Assembly: GCF_963921235.1 (NCBI RefSeq)
Contig: NC_086097.1
Span: forward strand, 64,482,001 to 64,546,000
Direction: 5' to 3'
Length of the DNA stretch: 64,000 nt
Source: Mobula hypostoma
Taxonomy: Eukaryota
Of the stretch, positions 13,155 to 26,737 are shown piece by piece. Below the pieces are notes generated by a model that was not told the DNA's origin, made no database searches, and worked only from the letters and a program-made list of their open reading frames with translations. The position numbers were made by a program, and so were the translations under genes. Every line of letters starts with the position of its first letter. Position 1 is the stretch's first letter.

Positions 13155-13397
13155 TAGAAACATAGAAACATAGAAAATAGGTGCAGGAGTAGGCCATTCG
13201 GCCCTTCGAGCCTGCACCGCCATTTATTATGATCATGGCTGATCATCCAACTCAGAACCCCGCCCCAGCCTTCCCTCCATACCCCCTGACCCCTGTAGCC
13301 ACAAGGGCCATATCTAACTCCCTCTTAAACATAGCCAATGAACTGGCCTCAACAGTTTCCTGTGGCAGAGAATTCCACAGATTCACCACTCTCTGTG
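13155..13397 (-). mobile_element. Young CR1 3' end fragment with (CATAGAAA)n tail
   Basis: Nearly identical to 55194-55437. Confidence 0.9.
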
Positions 13398-16240
13398 CTC
13401 AGGAATAAAGGGAAAATGATGGACTGTAAACTGCAAGAAAGCACAACCATAAGATTACTTTCACTGACATTGTTGATTTTATAGAAAGACAAGTAAAGAT
13501 TGCTACACACTTGGTGTTTGGAAATATATAGGAAGCTACATCACCAGCAATAAGCAAAGGTGTAAAGTCACAATTTCATTGTAAGGCTAAAGGAAGCAAC
13601 TTTGTCACTACTGTGAAAAGTAAAGCTAAAACTGAACCTGGAGCTAATGGAAGGGAAATGGTCCTGCCAGCCAATAGGGTGAACATACATTGTAATCATG
13701 CCCTCAACTGGAGAAAAGGGCTCATAGTAAGAAGATTGACTGCTTTTGCCATTTGTGTATAGGACACATCAGCAAAGCTTGGAGGAAATGTCATTCATGC
13801 AAGATGTGCAGTAGCAAGCATGCCAGCATACTTCATATTCACTCTAACGAAAAGGGTGCAGAATCAAAACAAGCCAAGAAGGAATCAGACACAGCAGTGA
13901 GTAGTGCTCTGGTGTCTAATGGCCTTCCAGGGGCTGGTGATCATGATTGTAAACTTCCCATGTCCAATACAAAAGAAGTCTAAGAAAGGTAACAAGTCAA
14001 TGGTTACTTACAACAGTGTTCTGCACAGTGAGCCTCATGAACAAGCTCAAACTCAAAGCAAAAAGGACACGCATTCTCTTATGCACCATGGGTCAAGAGA
14101 AGATCGTGAATTGCTGCATTGTTTCAGGATAGGAAGTGGCTGGCTTAGATGGAGAAAACTATTGTGAACTACCGAACATCTATACATGGGAAAGTATGCT
14201 TATCCACAAAGGGAACATTTTATGACAGAGGGTTTTCCAGGGATGGTTTCACCTGAAACATGTCCTTTTGCCAACGATCCCAGTTTTGAACTCAGCTGAA
14301 TGTAGTCAGGATGAACAAACTGGTTTGTCAAGAGAGGACCACAAGTTCATGGAGCTGATTTTGAACTATGTAAAACTGGTGGATGGTCAGTACCAGATTA
14401 ATTTACATTGAGAAAGAAAGATTAACATGTCAAATAATAGGAAGATTGCTGACCGGTGTGCTCTAAATCTAAGGAGGAGATGTAAGAGGGATTTGTCATT
14501 TCACACTGACTACGCAGATTTCATGTGGATGTCATCTCCAAAGGTTATGCTGAAAGAGTGCCTGCAGAGGATCTGGAACACAGCAAGGGTGAAATCTGGT
14601 ATATTCCACATCATGGTGTTTACCTCCTCAGAATAGGGAAACTTCATGTTGTGTTTGACTGTGGAGTGACTTTTCAGGGAACATCACCTAATGCTCAACC
14701 TTTACAGGGACCAGACCTTACTAGCTCACTCTGGTAGCCAGATTCAGAAAAGAACCAGTGGTGATCATAGCAGATATTGAATCAAAGTTTCATTGGGTTA
14801 AAGTACCAGTGGAAGATGCAGATCTGCTGAAGTTTCTCTGGTGGCCTGATGGTGACCTCAGCCAAGATATGGTTGACTTTAGAATGGTGGTACATCTCTT
14901 TGCAGCAATTTATCTCCAAACTGTTCCAGCTTCACACTTAGGAATGCGCAGAAGACAATGAAGAACAGTTTAACTACAAGATGGCGGATAAAGCTTTGCA
15001 TTGCTTCGATGATGATTACTGCCTTATGTCAGTATCCTCTGAGGAAGAAGCAGTGTCCCTCTATCATGACCTTGTATCCATTTGTTCCAGAGGTGGCATT
15101 TGACAAGCAACAGACATAGTGTGCTAGCTGTGATAATAGAAGAGCAAAGACCGAAAGACATGAAGGATTTGGATTTGGATCAAGATATTCCCTCAGTGGA
15201 GAGAGTACTGGTGCATTCAGTCTGATACTTTCAAGTTTTAAATCACAATGCAAGATAGACCACTCACCACAGTTAGTTCCATCTATGGTCCTTTAGGAAT
15301 CTTGAGTTTGGTGGTGTAATCTGATGAGACGATCCTACAAGATCTATGTAAGAAAGGCTTGGCTGGGCTGGCATTATACTAACATCAGTTGCTCATGAGT
15401 GGTCAAGCTGACTGGAAGAACTCTGTCAGTTGGAAGACTTCAAGGGTGCTAGATGTTTGAAAGCCCTGGATTTTGGAGAAGTTGCTGCCACACAGTTACA
15501 CCATTTTACAGCTGCAAGCAAAGACAGTTTGGAGCAGCGACCTACCTATTGTTGTATAAGATGAGCTTTCAGCTGTACAGTGCTTTTATCATGGGAAAAG
15601 CTAAGGTAGTTCCTTTGAAGTCAGCTTCTGTTCCTTGCAGGGAGCTCATCGGTGTTACAACGGCAAGCCGTATGGATGCATTGTGGAGGAAGGAGCTGTG
15701 TGTGCAGCTTCAGGACTCTTATTTTGGACTGTAGTACTTCTGTGCTGAAGCATATCAAGAATGAAATTTCCAAGTTCCTAACCTTCATTGCAAACAGAGG
15801 TTCAGAAGTTTTAAAATTCTCACAGGCATTTCAATGGAGCTGTAAACACTCAAGCAAGCCAGCGGCTGTGGCCTTTAGAGGCTTGAAGGGGAAAGCATTC
15901 CTGAAGAATGAGACATGGATGTCAGGGTCTCAGTATCTTCTTCAGCATGAAAGTGAATTGCTTGTGCATCCCAATAGTTCTAGAGAATTTCTACTAGATG
16001 ACCTGGAGGTCAAGGAGAATGTTACAATAAATATAATTTAGATTGAAGAGGAGATGGACGCAGTAACATGTATAATCCATCACTTCTTTTCCTGGACCCA
16101 TTTGAGGAAGACAGTAGTCTGAATTCTTAGATTTAAGAATATTTTCTTCTTTCTTAGTCAGAAGAGGAAGCATGTGAACATCATTCTTACTCAGTCTGAC
16201 GGATGAAGAACAACAAGGATATTCTTTGGAAAGAGAGAGA

Positions 16241-16587
16241 GGGGCCAGCTGGTGGCACAATGACATCGACGCCGGGAGTGGAGGTTCACGGGTTTGAAAC
16301 CAGTTGCGTCCACTCCCAAGTACGCTTTTCATCTGTGCCGGGTTAAGTATCGGGATCACAACTTGACTTTGTAAAATAAAGGGAAAAATACTGCGAAAAT
16401 GTCTGTGTGGGGAGTGGCGCACCACACAGTCTATCTCTCTCTCGCTCCATGCCTTGTAAAAAGTCATGAAAAAGACATCATCATGGATGCATGCACAGGT
16501 GCACGCATGCACGGACGCACACACGCACGCACAGATGCGCATGCGCACGCACAGACTCGCATGCACGCAGGCACACGCAAAAAAAAA
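16241..16587 (+). mobile_element. tRNA-derived SINE with poly(A) tail and 13-14-bp TSD
   Basis: A-box-like tggtggcacaatg, B-box-like ggtttgaaacc, (GCAC)-rich 3' tract, A tail; TSD ggaaagagagaga(g) at 16228-16241 and 16588-16601. Confidence 0.8.
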
Positions 16588-16825
16588 GGAAAGAGAGAGA
16601 GAGATGGAAAAGGCCAAAGGTCAGTTCGGCGGAGATCGTCTCTCAGCGGAGGAGCTCAGAAAGGCTGAAATTGAGATTATTGGGTTTTGCCAAAGGAAGA
16701 GATTTCCACATGAATTCTTGTCTGCAAAGGGAAGAAAGTGTGAAAAGGGACATCCATATTTTCAAGCTAAGTCCAGTACCTGAAGATGGTTCCTTGCGAG
16801 TTGGGGAATGGCTTAGTAGGGCAGC

Positions 16826-19640
16826 CACGTGGATTGATACGTGGAATTATGACGTTATAGCAATTAGTGAAATTTGGCTACAGGAGGGACAGGACTGGCA
16901 GCTTAATATTCCAGGGTTCTGATGTTTCAGATGTGATCAAGGCAGAGGAATGAAAGGTGGGGGGGTTGCATTGCTGGTCAGGGAAAATGTTACAGCAGTG
17001 CTCAGGCAGGACAGATTAGAGGGCTTGTCTACTGAGTCCTTATCGGTGGAGCTGAGAAACAGGAAAGGTATGGCCACATTAGTGGGGTTGTGTTATAGAC
17101 CACCCAATAGTCAGCGAGAATTGGAGGAGCAAATCTGCAGAGAGATAGCAGGCAACTGCAGGAAACATAAAGTTGTGGTGGTAGGGGATTTTAATTTTCC
17201 ACATATTGATTGGGACTCCCATACTGTTAGGGGTCTAGATGGTTTAGAGTTTGTAAAATGTGTTCAGGAAAGTTTTCTAAATCAATATATAGAGGTACCA
17301 ACTAGAGGGGATGTGATATTAGATCTCCAATTAGGAAACCAGTTAGGACAAGTGATGGAAGTGTGTGTAGTGGAGCACTTTGGTTCCAGTGATCATAACA
17401 CCATTAGTTTCAACTTGATCATGGATAAAGATAGATCTGGTCCTAGGGTTGAGGTTCTAAACTGGAAGAAGGCCAAATTTGAAGAAATGAGAAAGGATCT
17501 AAAAAGTGTGGATTGGGACAGGTTGTTCTCTGGCAAGGATGTAATTGGTAAGTGGGAAGCCTTCAAAGGAGAAATTTTGAGAGTGCAGAGCTTGTATGTT
17601 TCTGTCAGGGTTAAAGGCAAAGTGAATAGGAATAAGGAACCTTGGTTCTCAAGGGATATTGCAACTCTGATAAAGAAGAAGAGAGAGTTGTATGACATGG
17701 ATAGGAAACAGAGAGTAAATAAGGTGCTTGAGGAGTATAAAAAGTGCAAGAAAATACTTAAGAAGGAAATCAGGAGGGCTAAAAGAAGACATGAGGTTGC
17801 CTTGGCAGTCAAAGTGAAGGATAATCCAAAGAGTTTTTACAGGTATATTAAGAGTAAAAGGATTGTAAGGGATAAAATTGGTCCTCTTGAAGATCAGAGT
17901 GGTCAGCTCTGCGCGGAACCAAAAGAAATGGGGGAGATCTTAAATGGGTTTTTTGCGTCTGTATTTACTAAGGAAACTGGCTGAAGTCTATGGAATTAAG
18001 GGAAACAAGTAGTGAGATCATGGAAACTGTACAGATTGAAAAGGAGGAGGTGCTTGCTATCTTGAGGCAAATTAAAGTGGATACATCCCCAGGACCTGAC
18101 AGGTTATTCCCTCGGACCTTGGAGGAGACTAGTGTTGAAATTGCAGGGGCCCTGGCAGATATATTTAAAATGTCGGTGTCTATGGGTGAGGTGCCGGAGG
18201 ATTGGAGAATGGCTCATGTTGTTCCATTGTTTAAAAAAGTATTGAAAAGTAATTCTGGAAATTATAGGCCAGTAAGTTTGACGTCGGTAGTGGGTAAGTT
18301 ATTGGAGGGAGTACTAAGAGACAAAATCTACAAGCATTTGGATAGACAGGGACTTATTAGGGAGAGTCAACATGGCTTTGTGCTTGGTAGGTCATGTTTG
18401 ACCAATCTATTGGAGTTTTTTGAGAAGGTTACCAGGAAAGTGGATGAAGGGAAGGCAGTGGATGTTGTCTACATGGACTTCAGTAAGGCCTTTGACAAGG
18501 TCCTGCATGGGAGGTTAGTTAGGAAAATTCAGTCGCTAGGTATATATGGAGAGGTGGTAAATTGGATTAGACGTTGGCTCAATGGAAGAAGCCAAAGAGT
18601 GGTAGTAGAGGATTGCTTCTCTGAGTGGAGGCCTGTGACTAGTGGTGTGCCACAGGGATCAGTGCTGGGTCCATTGTTATTTGTCATCTATATCAATGAT
18701 CTGGATGATAATGTGGTAAATTGGATCAGTAAATTTGCTGATGATACAAAGATTGGAGGTGTAGTGGACAGTGAGGAAGGTTTTCAAAGCTTGCAGAAGG
18801 ATTTGGACCAGCTGGGAAAATGGGCTGAAAAATGGCAGATGGAGTTTAATACTGACAAGTGTGAGGTATTGCACTTTGGAAGGACAGACCAAGGTAGAAC
18901 ATACAGGGTTAATGGTAAGGCACTGAGGAGTGCAGTGGAACAGAGGGATCTGGGAATACAGATACAAAATTCCGTAAAAGTGGTGTCACAGGTAGATAGG
19001 GTTGTAAAGAGAGCTTTTGGTACATTGGCCTTCATTAATCAAAGTATTGAGTATAAGAGCTGGAATGTTATGATGAGGTTGTATAAGGCATTGGTGAGGC
19101 CGAATCTGGAGTATTATGTTCAGTTTTGGTCACCAAATTACAGGAAGGATATAAATAAGGTTGAAAGAGTGCAGAGAAGGTTTACAAGGATGTTGCCGGG
19201 ACATGAAAAACTCAGATACAGAGAAAAGGTTAGGACTTTATTCCCTGGAGCGTAGAAGAATGAGGGGAGATTTGATAGAGGTATATAAAATTATGATGGG
19301 TATAGATAGAGTGAATGCAAGCAGGCTTTTTCCACTGAGGCAAGGGGAGAAAAAAACCAGAGGACATGGGTTAAGGGTGAAGGGGGAAAAGTTTAAAGGG
19401 AACATTAGGGGGGGCTTCTTCACACAGAGAGTGGTGGGAGTATGGAATGAGCTGCCAGACGAGGTGGTAAATGCGGGTTCTTTTTTAACAATTAAGAATA
19501 AATTGGACAGATACGTGGATGGGTGGTGTATGGAGGGATATGGTCCGTGTGCAGGTCAGTGGGACTAGGCAGAAAATGGATCGGCACAGCCAAGAAGGGC
19601 CAAAAGGCCTGTTTTTGTGCTGTAGTTTTTCTATGGTTTA
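16826..19640 (+). mobile_element. 5'-truncated CR1 LINE (ORF2 EN-RT, few disablements) inserted in BEL pol
   Basis: ORFs 16950-17984, 17990-19255 and 19161-19568: GDFN, SDHN, NYRPVSLTS, DFSKAFDKV, GVPQGSVLGP, KFADDTK; tail ttctatggtttactatg. Confidence 0.95.
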
Positions 19641-19756
19641 CTATGTCAGTAGAGTCTAAACACCCTGATATACTAACAAAGGATCTTCATATCTCAAACC
19701 TTATTCTGAGACATACACATCAAGAGTTGTACATGGTGGCCTAAAGCATATGTTAA

Positions 19757-20540
19757 GCAACACAAACAAAATGCTGGAGGAACTCAGCAGACCAGCCAGC
19801 ATCTATGAAAAAGAGTGAAAAACAGTCAATGTTTCAGACCGAGAGCCTTCATCAGGACTGGAACGAAAAAGGAGAGGTCAGACTAAGAAGGTTGGGGGTA
19901 CACTACACCAAGTACCTACGATCCATCTGCCAGAAAAAGCAGGATCTGCTGGTAGTCAGCTATTTCAATTCTACTTCCCAGTTTCATTCTGACATGTTAA
20001 TCTATGGCCTCTTCTGCTGCCACGATGAGGCCACACTCAGGTTGGCAGAGCAACACCTTATATTTTGTCTGGGTAGCCTCCAACCTGATGGCATGAATAT
20101 TGATTTCTCAAACTTCTGGTAATTGCATCCCCCCCCCCACTTCCCTTAACCATTCCCCATTCCTGTTTCAGGTTATTTCCTTAATTGCCCATCACCTGCC
20201 TCTGGTTTTCCTCCTCCTCCCCTTTCTTCTATGGTCTTCTATCCTCTCCTATCAGATTCTCCCTTCTCTAGCTCTTTATCTCTTTCACTAATCAACTTCC
20301 CAGCTCCTTTGTTCACCCCTCCCTCTCTCCCAGTTTCACCTATCATCTACCATCTTGTACTACTTCCTTCTCTCCCCCCATTTTCTTACTCTGACTTCTC
20401 CTCTTTATTTTCAGTTCTAATGAAGGGTCTTGGACCAAAATATCGACTCTTTACTCTTTTCTAAAGATGCTGACTGGCCTCCAGAATTTTGTGCATGTTG
20501 CTTTGGATTTCCAGCATCTGCAGATTTTATCATGTTTGTG
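19757..20540 (+). mobile_element. Penelope-like element: inverted terminal repeat (about 19757-19895, minus), then GIY-YIG C-terminus and terminal repeat
   Basis: YLRSICQKKQDLLVVSYFNS..DEATLRLAEQHLIFCLGSLQPDGMNIDFSNF; hammerhead-like motif at 19823-19860 (-), decayed copy at about 20412-20448 (+). Confidence 0.8.
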
Positions 20541-22620
20541 TAACCACATGTGTCTCATGGTTTTATGGTAACCCACTCACTATTGCTACGTTATATGCCC
20601 TTTCCTTGGCTTTTATGCAGTCCTTAACTTCTCTTGTCAGCCACAGTTGCCTACCCCTGCCAATTGAGAAGAACTCCTTCGGTGGGATATATCTATTCTG
20701 CACCTTGTGAACTATTCCCAGAAACTTCAGCCATCTTTGCTCTGTCGTCATCCCTGCCAGTATCCTCCTCCAGTCCACCTGGGCAGGCTCTTCTCTCATG
20801 CCTCTGTAATTCCCTTTATTCCATTGTGATACTGATACATGTGAGTTATGCTTCTCCCTCTCAAATTGCAATATGAATTCAAACATATTATGATCACTGC
20901 CTCTTAAGGGTTCCTTTACATTAAACTCCCTAATAAGATCTGGGTTATTACACAACACTCAGTCAAAGATAGCCTTTCACCAAATAGACTCAAGCATAAG
21001 CTGCTCTAAAAAGCTATCTCATTGACATTCAATGAACTCCCTCTCTTGCAATCTGATGCCAACCTGATTTCCTCAATCCCTTTGTATATTGAAGTTCCCC
21101 ATTACAATTGTGTCATTACCCTTATTACATGCCTTTTCCAACTCCCTTTGCAATCTCAACCCTACATCTTGGCTACTATTTGGAGGTCTATATATGATTT
21201 CCATAATTTTTTTTTACCCTTGAGTTTCTAAACTCCACCCACAAAGATCCAACATTCTCTGGCCCTATGTCACTTCTTCCTAAAGAGGTAATTCCATCTC
21301 TTACCAACAGAGCCATACCACCGCCCATGCCTTCCTGCCCGTCCTTTCGATATCAAGTACATCCTTTGATGTTAAGATCCCAACTATGGCCTTCTTTCAG
21401 CCACAACTCAGTGATGCCCACAATGTCATACCAGCCAAACTGTAATTGTGCTACAGGTTCGTCCACCTTATTCTAAATGCTACTGCATTTAAATACAGCA
21501 CCGTCAGGCCTGCATTCGGTGCCCTTTTGAATTTTGCCTCTGTGGTACAATTTAACTCTCTGCTCTGTCTGTATTTATACTCAGTCATTGGCTTGTCCTT
21601 ACTTACATTGATGTTACATTCATCATCTACTTGTAAACCTGTTGGCTCATCCTCAGCTCTATCATACTTTTTCCCATCCCCTGCCATATTAGTTTAAACC
21701 ACTTCCAACAGCTCTAGTAAATCTGCCCACAGGAATATTGGACCCCCTCGGATTTTTGCAACCCATCCCTTTTGTACAGGTCCCACCTACCCCAGAAGAG
21801 GTCCCAATTATCCAGAAATCTGACTCCCTGCCCCCTGTTCCAATTCTTCAACCACACATTTATCTGCCATCTCATTCTGTGCTTATTCTCACTGTCGCAT
21901 GGCACAGGCAGCAATCCCAAGATTACTACACTTGAGGTCCTGCTTCTCAGCTTCCTTCCCAACTCCCTGTATTCTTTTTTCAGGACCTCCTCCCTTTCCC
22001 TACCTATTTCATTGTTACCAATATATACCATGACTTCTGGCTGCTCACCCTCCCTTTTCGGGATATTGTGAACACGTTCAGAAACATTGTGGACCCTGGC
22101 ACCTGGGAGGCAAACTACCATCCATTTGTCCTTTTCGCATACACATAATCGCCTTTATGCCCCCTGACTACAGAGTCTCCTATTACTGCTGTTATCATCT
22201 TCAGTTCCCTATCCTTCTGAGCCACAGGACCGGATAGTGCCAGAGGCACCGTCGCTGTTGCTTCCTCCAGGAAGGTCCTCCACAGTGGAACTCAAAACGG
22301 AGTACTTACTGTTGAGGTTGATGGCCACATGGGTGCTCTCCACTATCTGATATTCTCCCTTCCCTCTCTTGATAGTCACCCATTTATCTGTCATGTCACC
22401 CGTAGCCTTGGGGTGACGACCTCCCTGTAGCTCCTGTCTATCACTGCTTCACTTTCCCTAACAAGCTGAAGGTCATCGAGCTGCAGCTCCAGTTCCCTAA
22501 CATGGTCTCTAAGGAGTTGCATCTCAATGCATCTGGCGCAGGTGTGGCCATCGAGGATGCTGGGAGTCTCCTGGAAATCCCACATCTGATACCCAGAACA
22601 GGCCCTGTAGACATACCCAC
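20540..22620 (-). mobile_element. CR1 LINE 5' portion (ORF1 zinc finger/esterase and endonuclease), decayed
   Basis: HTCARCIEMQLLRD, VCLPGARV..GNNEIG..FLDNWDLFW..DGL, EPLRGSDHNM. Confidence 0.9.
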
Positions 22621-22739
22621 TATTCTCTCAAGAGTTAAATAAGAAAATTGGGGTGCAGGGAGGCTGTTGGACTACTGTAGTGTACTGCGAGATGACAACT
22701 GGGTTTACAGTATTGGGTATTGTACTTTCATGTTTTATA

Positions 22740-23213
22740 TGTAACTTAGGGAATTCACAAGAGACATACTAGTCTGAGGGTTGGATCATCACGTTTGCAA
22801 CTTCTGAGGGTTGGAGTGTCTTGTGGGTCGGGGAGGCGTGCCTTAATCTGATTGTCAAAAGTCGCTTCCATCATGATTGGCTAGTTTAGAAACTGCAGCT
22901 ACTTTTCCCATTGGATATCTGCCTAGTGTCCAGTTTCATATATCCTGAATACACAGAGAGCATGTGTGTGGGGTTCGTTCTTTCCTTTTGTTTTAAGACA
23001 AACGGTGCAGATGACCATTGGGAAGGTATGCTCTGTGCGCTCTTTTAACTGGGTATGTTTGTTGAATATTCAACTTTGTAGTATGTGTAATGTGGGGAAC
23101 ATGAATGTTTGGTTGAATTTTTACTGTTTGTAAATAAATAGTTAATATATCTATTCGCAGTCAACATTTCCTGTCTCACTTGCTGAACTTCGCGAACCTG
23201 ATTCAACGTTACA
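22740..23213 (+). mobile_element. Candidate solo LTR
   Basis: TGTAAC...GTTACA termini, gattgg (CCAAT) boxes and AATAAA near 23133. No TSD seen, and an alternative GTTACA end lies at 23510. Confidence 0.4.
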
Positions 23214-23699
23214 ACCGCTTAAATATGCTAACTTTGCTAATTCTGATGTTGCTTATTTTGCTAATTGGGATGTTATTGGAACTCAGCTAGATCGCTAACT
23301 TTGCTTAAGTACATATAGAACGCTAATTCTGATATCACTAAGTAGAATGCTTAGTTACGTGGATTTAGACGCTATGACAACTATATCGCTAATTTAGTTT
23401 TGTTAGATTTTTTAATCACTGTAAGTTCATTTGCCTTTGCAGGCTTCACAGTAAAGGACCAAAAGTACCTTTCTCGACTTTTGAACTTCGTTATTTGGAA
23501 GTGGGTTACACAATGTTGATCTCCTGGCTTACTTTTTCAGCAGTTTTGGTTTGTTTTACAGTAAATGCTACAGTTGCGATGGGTAATTTTGAAGGGCGAA
23601 TGAACTGGGACAAGAGCTTGTGGGAGTTGGTGTGCAGGAGCAGATCTCTTTGGGCAGCCCTCAGGCTGGAGTCTTCCGGCCGGATGCTGCAGGCAGTTG

Positions 23700-26600
23700 A
23701 CCTAGCAGCAGTGAGTGCGGTTGTCAGCTAGGATGGCCCCCATGTCATATTCCAAGTGTTCTAGCAGCAGCAAACCAGGGCTCTGGTGGATGGGATCTCC
23801 ACCGTTGGCTCCTCTGTGGGAAACAATGGGGTTACTAGCCATGAGCACTTCAAAGGGTGACATATCTGTGGCAGAGGAGGTGTGTAAATTGTGGAAGGCT
23901 TGGCCCAGGACAGGTACTTCATCCATGTGGAAGGGTTAGAGGCAGCGGAGCATTGCAGACACTCTTCCACTTGTTGACTGACCATTGGTCTGCTGATGAT
24001 AGCCAGAGGACAAACTCACTGAGGTGCAGAAGAGGGATCGGAAGGCTCACCAGAAACGGGAGATGAATTGTTGGCCCCATTCCGACACAATATCCTAAGG
24101 GAAGATAAGGAGGTAAATGACATGTTGGAGAACCAGGTACACCATCTCAGTGGCTGATGGAAGTTTGGGGAGGGCAATGAAGTGGGCTGTCTTGGAGAAC
24201 CTGTCCACCACTGTCATGGTCACCTTGGCCCTATCGAAAGGTGACAAATCTGTGATGAAGTCCTTGGTGATGTGGGATTGCAGGAGCCTAGAGGGCCACC
24301 TCTTGGAGGAATTGTACTAGGGCAGGCAGCAATGAACTGACATACATTTGTGATCATGGAGGGCCACCAGAACAGGCATTGTAGAAAATTCAGGGTCTGC
24401 AATGTGCCTGGATGGCAGAGAGGGGCGAGGAGTGGGCCCACCAGAGTGTCTTAGAGTGCATGGCCACTGGCACATACTGTATATGCAGTTGTCAGGGGTG
24501 GAGACCTGAGCAGGCTCGTGTTATTGGGCCTGGCAGATCTGATTGTCAAGGTTCCAGATGATTAGGGTGAGTATTTATGAGGACGGGATGCTGGGGTGTG
24601 CGTCCAGCTCCATTTCAGTCGTGTCGAACTATTGTCAAAAGGGATCTGCCTTAGTTGCATTGCTAGGTGATGGTGAAGTTAATTACTCGAAGAAGAGGGC
24701 ACAATGAGCCTGCCGTGTGTTAGTGGGTCTGTTGTGTGGATATGAATTCTGGTCATCAGTCCAGATCAGGAAGGGCTTGGTGTTTCTCATCAACCAATGT
24801 CTCCATTCCTCCAAGGCCCATTTAACGGTGAGTAGCTCCCTGTCTCCTACTCCATAATGGTGCTTTGTAGAGTTGAACTTGCATAAGAAGTTGTCACGAG
24901 GGCATGCCTTTCCATCTGGTTGGTCCTCCCTGGGAGAAGGTGGCCCCGGTGCATCCTCCTCTACCATAAATGGTCTGGAGGGGTTCAGATGGTGGAAAAT
25001 TGGAGTGGTGGTGAATCGCACTGAGCTCTTTGAATTTGTGGTCTATGGCAGCAGATCGGGTTATCTGTGAGGTAGGCAATCTAGTGAAGGAGCTGAGAGG
25101 AGCAGCAATTTGGCTTGAGTTTTGGATGAGATGGTGGTAGAAGTTGGAGAAACTGCAGAAGCACAGTAGCTGTTGGAGGGAGTGTGGCTGAGGCCATACA
25201 ACCATGCCACACTTCCTCTGGGTCCATGGTTATGCCTTGGGGTGAAAGGGCATAACCCAGGAATAAAATGACTGAGTTGTGGAACTGGCGGTTCTCTAAC
25301 TCACAGTACAGTTGGTGTTCGGGGAGACACTGAAGGAATGAATGGATATGACAGGCATAACCTTGGAGAAAATGAGGATATCGTTGAGGTAACGGAAACA
25401 TACCTGTATAGCATGTTTCAGAAGATTTTGTTAATGAAGGGTTGGAAAAGGGCAGGACTGTTGGAAAGTCTGAATGGCATCACCAAGTATTCGTAGTGAC
25501 CAGTGGGTGTCATAAATGCCGTCTTGCACTCTCTCCTCCTGGAGGAGGCAGATCAGGTTGTACATGTGCCAGAGATCCAGTTTGGTGAAGATCTGCGCCC
25601 ACAGAGTGTTTCAAATACGCTATCCATAAAGAGGAGTGAGTAGCGGTTCTTAATGGTGATGCAGAGACAAACAGCTCCATCATTCTTTTTGTCAAAGAAG
25701 AACCCTGCAGTGGCTGGGGACTGGGCTGGTTGTATGAATCTGTGTTGTAGTGCTTCAGCGATGTAGTCCTTCAGGATGGGAATAAGAGAGCAGGTGCCCA
25801 GGAGGAGGTTAATTGCGCAGCCATATTGTCTGTGAGGTGGACAGTTGCTGGCTTCTATTTTACTGAAGGCGATGGCAATGTCGTGGTATTCCTGTGGGCG
25901 TTTGGTGAGGTGGACAGTTTCTTTGATCCATGGATTTATGGAGTGTGAAGTCAACTGAGGTTGCAGGCACGTGGTCGTAAGGTGTGTCCCCAACTTAGCA
26001 GTGAACCAGATGACCAGGTGAAGCGAGAGTCATGGGTGGAGAGCCAGGGTAGCCCAAGGTGAGTGTTGGGTGAGATGATCAGGAGAAATTGGATGAACTT
26101 GCTGTGCTCTCTGACTCTCATGCACACAGGTCATGTGCACGTTTGGACCATTCCAGACCCAAAGGGACGTCCGTCAATGGTTGTGACGCAGAAGGTGTGA
26201 AAGGTAGGCTCAGTAGGGCTTCCATTTGCACACATAGGGTCTGGTCAAGAAAGTTGCCTGCTGCACCGGACTCCACCAGAGCTTCTTCTGCTGAGGAGGA
26301 TGGGGTGAGAGGGTGTGGCCGTGGTGGGGAGAGATGGAGATGGAGTTAGAGATGAGAGAGAAAAGCTATGGTGCTGGAATGAGGAGCTGGCGGGAGCCAC
26401 TCTGTCTTTACCCGATTGTGCTGTTTTCTCGGGCACAGAGGGCATTTGATGCATGTGAGATGAATTAACAGTGATCAATAACTTTAATAATAAACTGTAA
26501 AATAATAAACCATGATAGGCCACGACACAAGAGGGAACTGATAGTAAACACCATGAGCAACAAGGTAACTTAAGGCTAGGAGCAGCTGGTTGAGGCTGGG

Positions 26601-26737
26601 TGGTTTGATGAGCAAACAAAGGCTATGGATGAGAGCTGGGTTTAAATAGGCTGCAGGTGATGTGTTGGAAATGAATGACAGGTGATTCCTGTTAGCTTGA
26701 TGGAGAATGAAAAGTGCCTACCTGTGCAGGACTGACA
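23700..26737 (-). mobile_element. Gypsy LTR retrotransposon (sushi/chromovirus-like), decayed; gag largely missing; candidate LTR about 26422-26737
   Basis: Protease ALVESGAAGNFLD; RT PATAGFFF..KNRYSL..EYLVMPF; RNase H YGVGDRELLTVKWALEEWRHWL; integrase HPG..C and HNLHTSSATDMSPFEV; LTR-like segment starts TGTCAG with TATTTAAA. Confidence 0.85.

Larger units (their letters stand above)
10460..19756 (+). mobile_element. BEL/Pao LTR retrotransposon, decayed, 3'-truncated, hosting four insertions; candidate 5' LTR 10460-11080
   Basis: Gag DGDLLQY/HAFMRAFE and Cys-His CKMCSSKHASILH; RT WYIPHHGVY..KLHVVFDC..LQGPDLTSSL, ADIESKFH..LKFLWWPDGD; RNase H region MGKAKVVPLK; LRVGEWLSRAA|MSVESKHPDIL resumes after the CR1. 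The LTR call (TGTAG...CTACA) is less certain. Confidence 0.85.

Noticed and set aside
16241..16315. tRNA gene
   Set aside because: Only degenerate A/B boxes with no convincing cloverleaf; it is a SINE head.
15994..16922. Overlapping His/Ala/Cys-rich ORFs
   Set aside because: They arise from the SINE's (GCAC)n tract fused to BEL and CR1 fragments.
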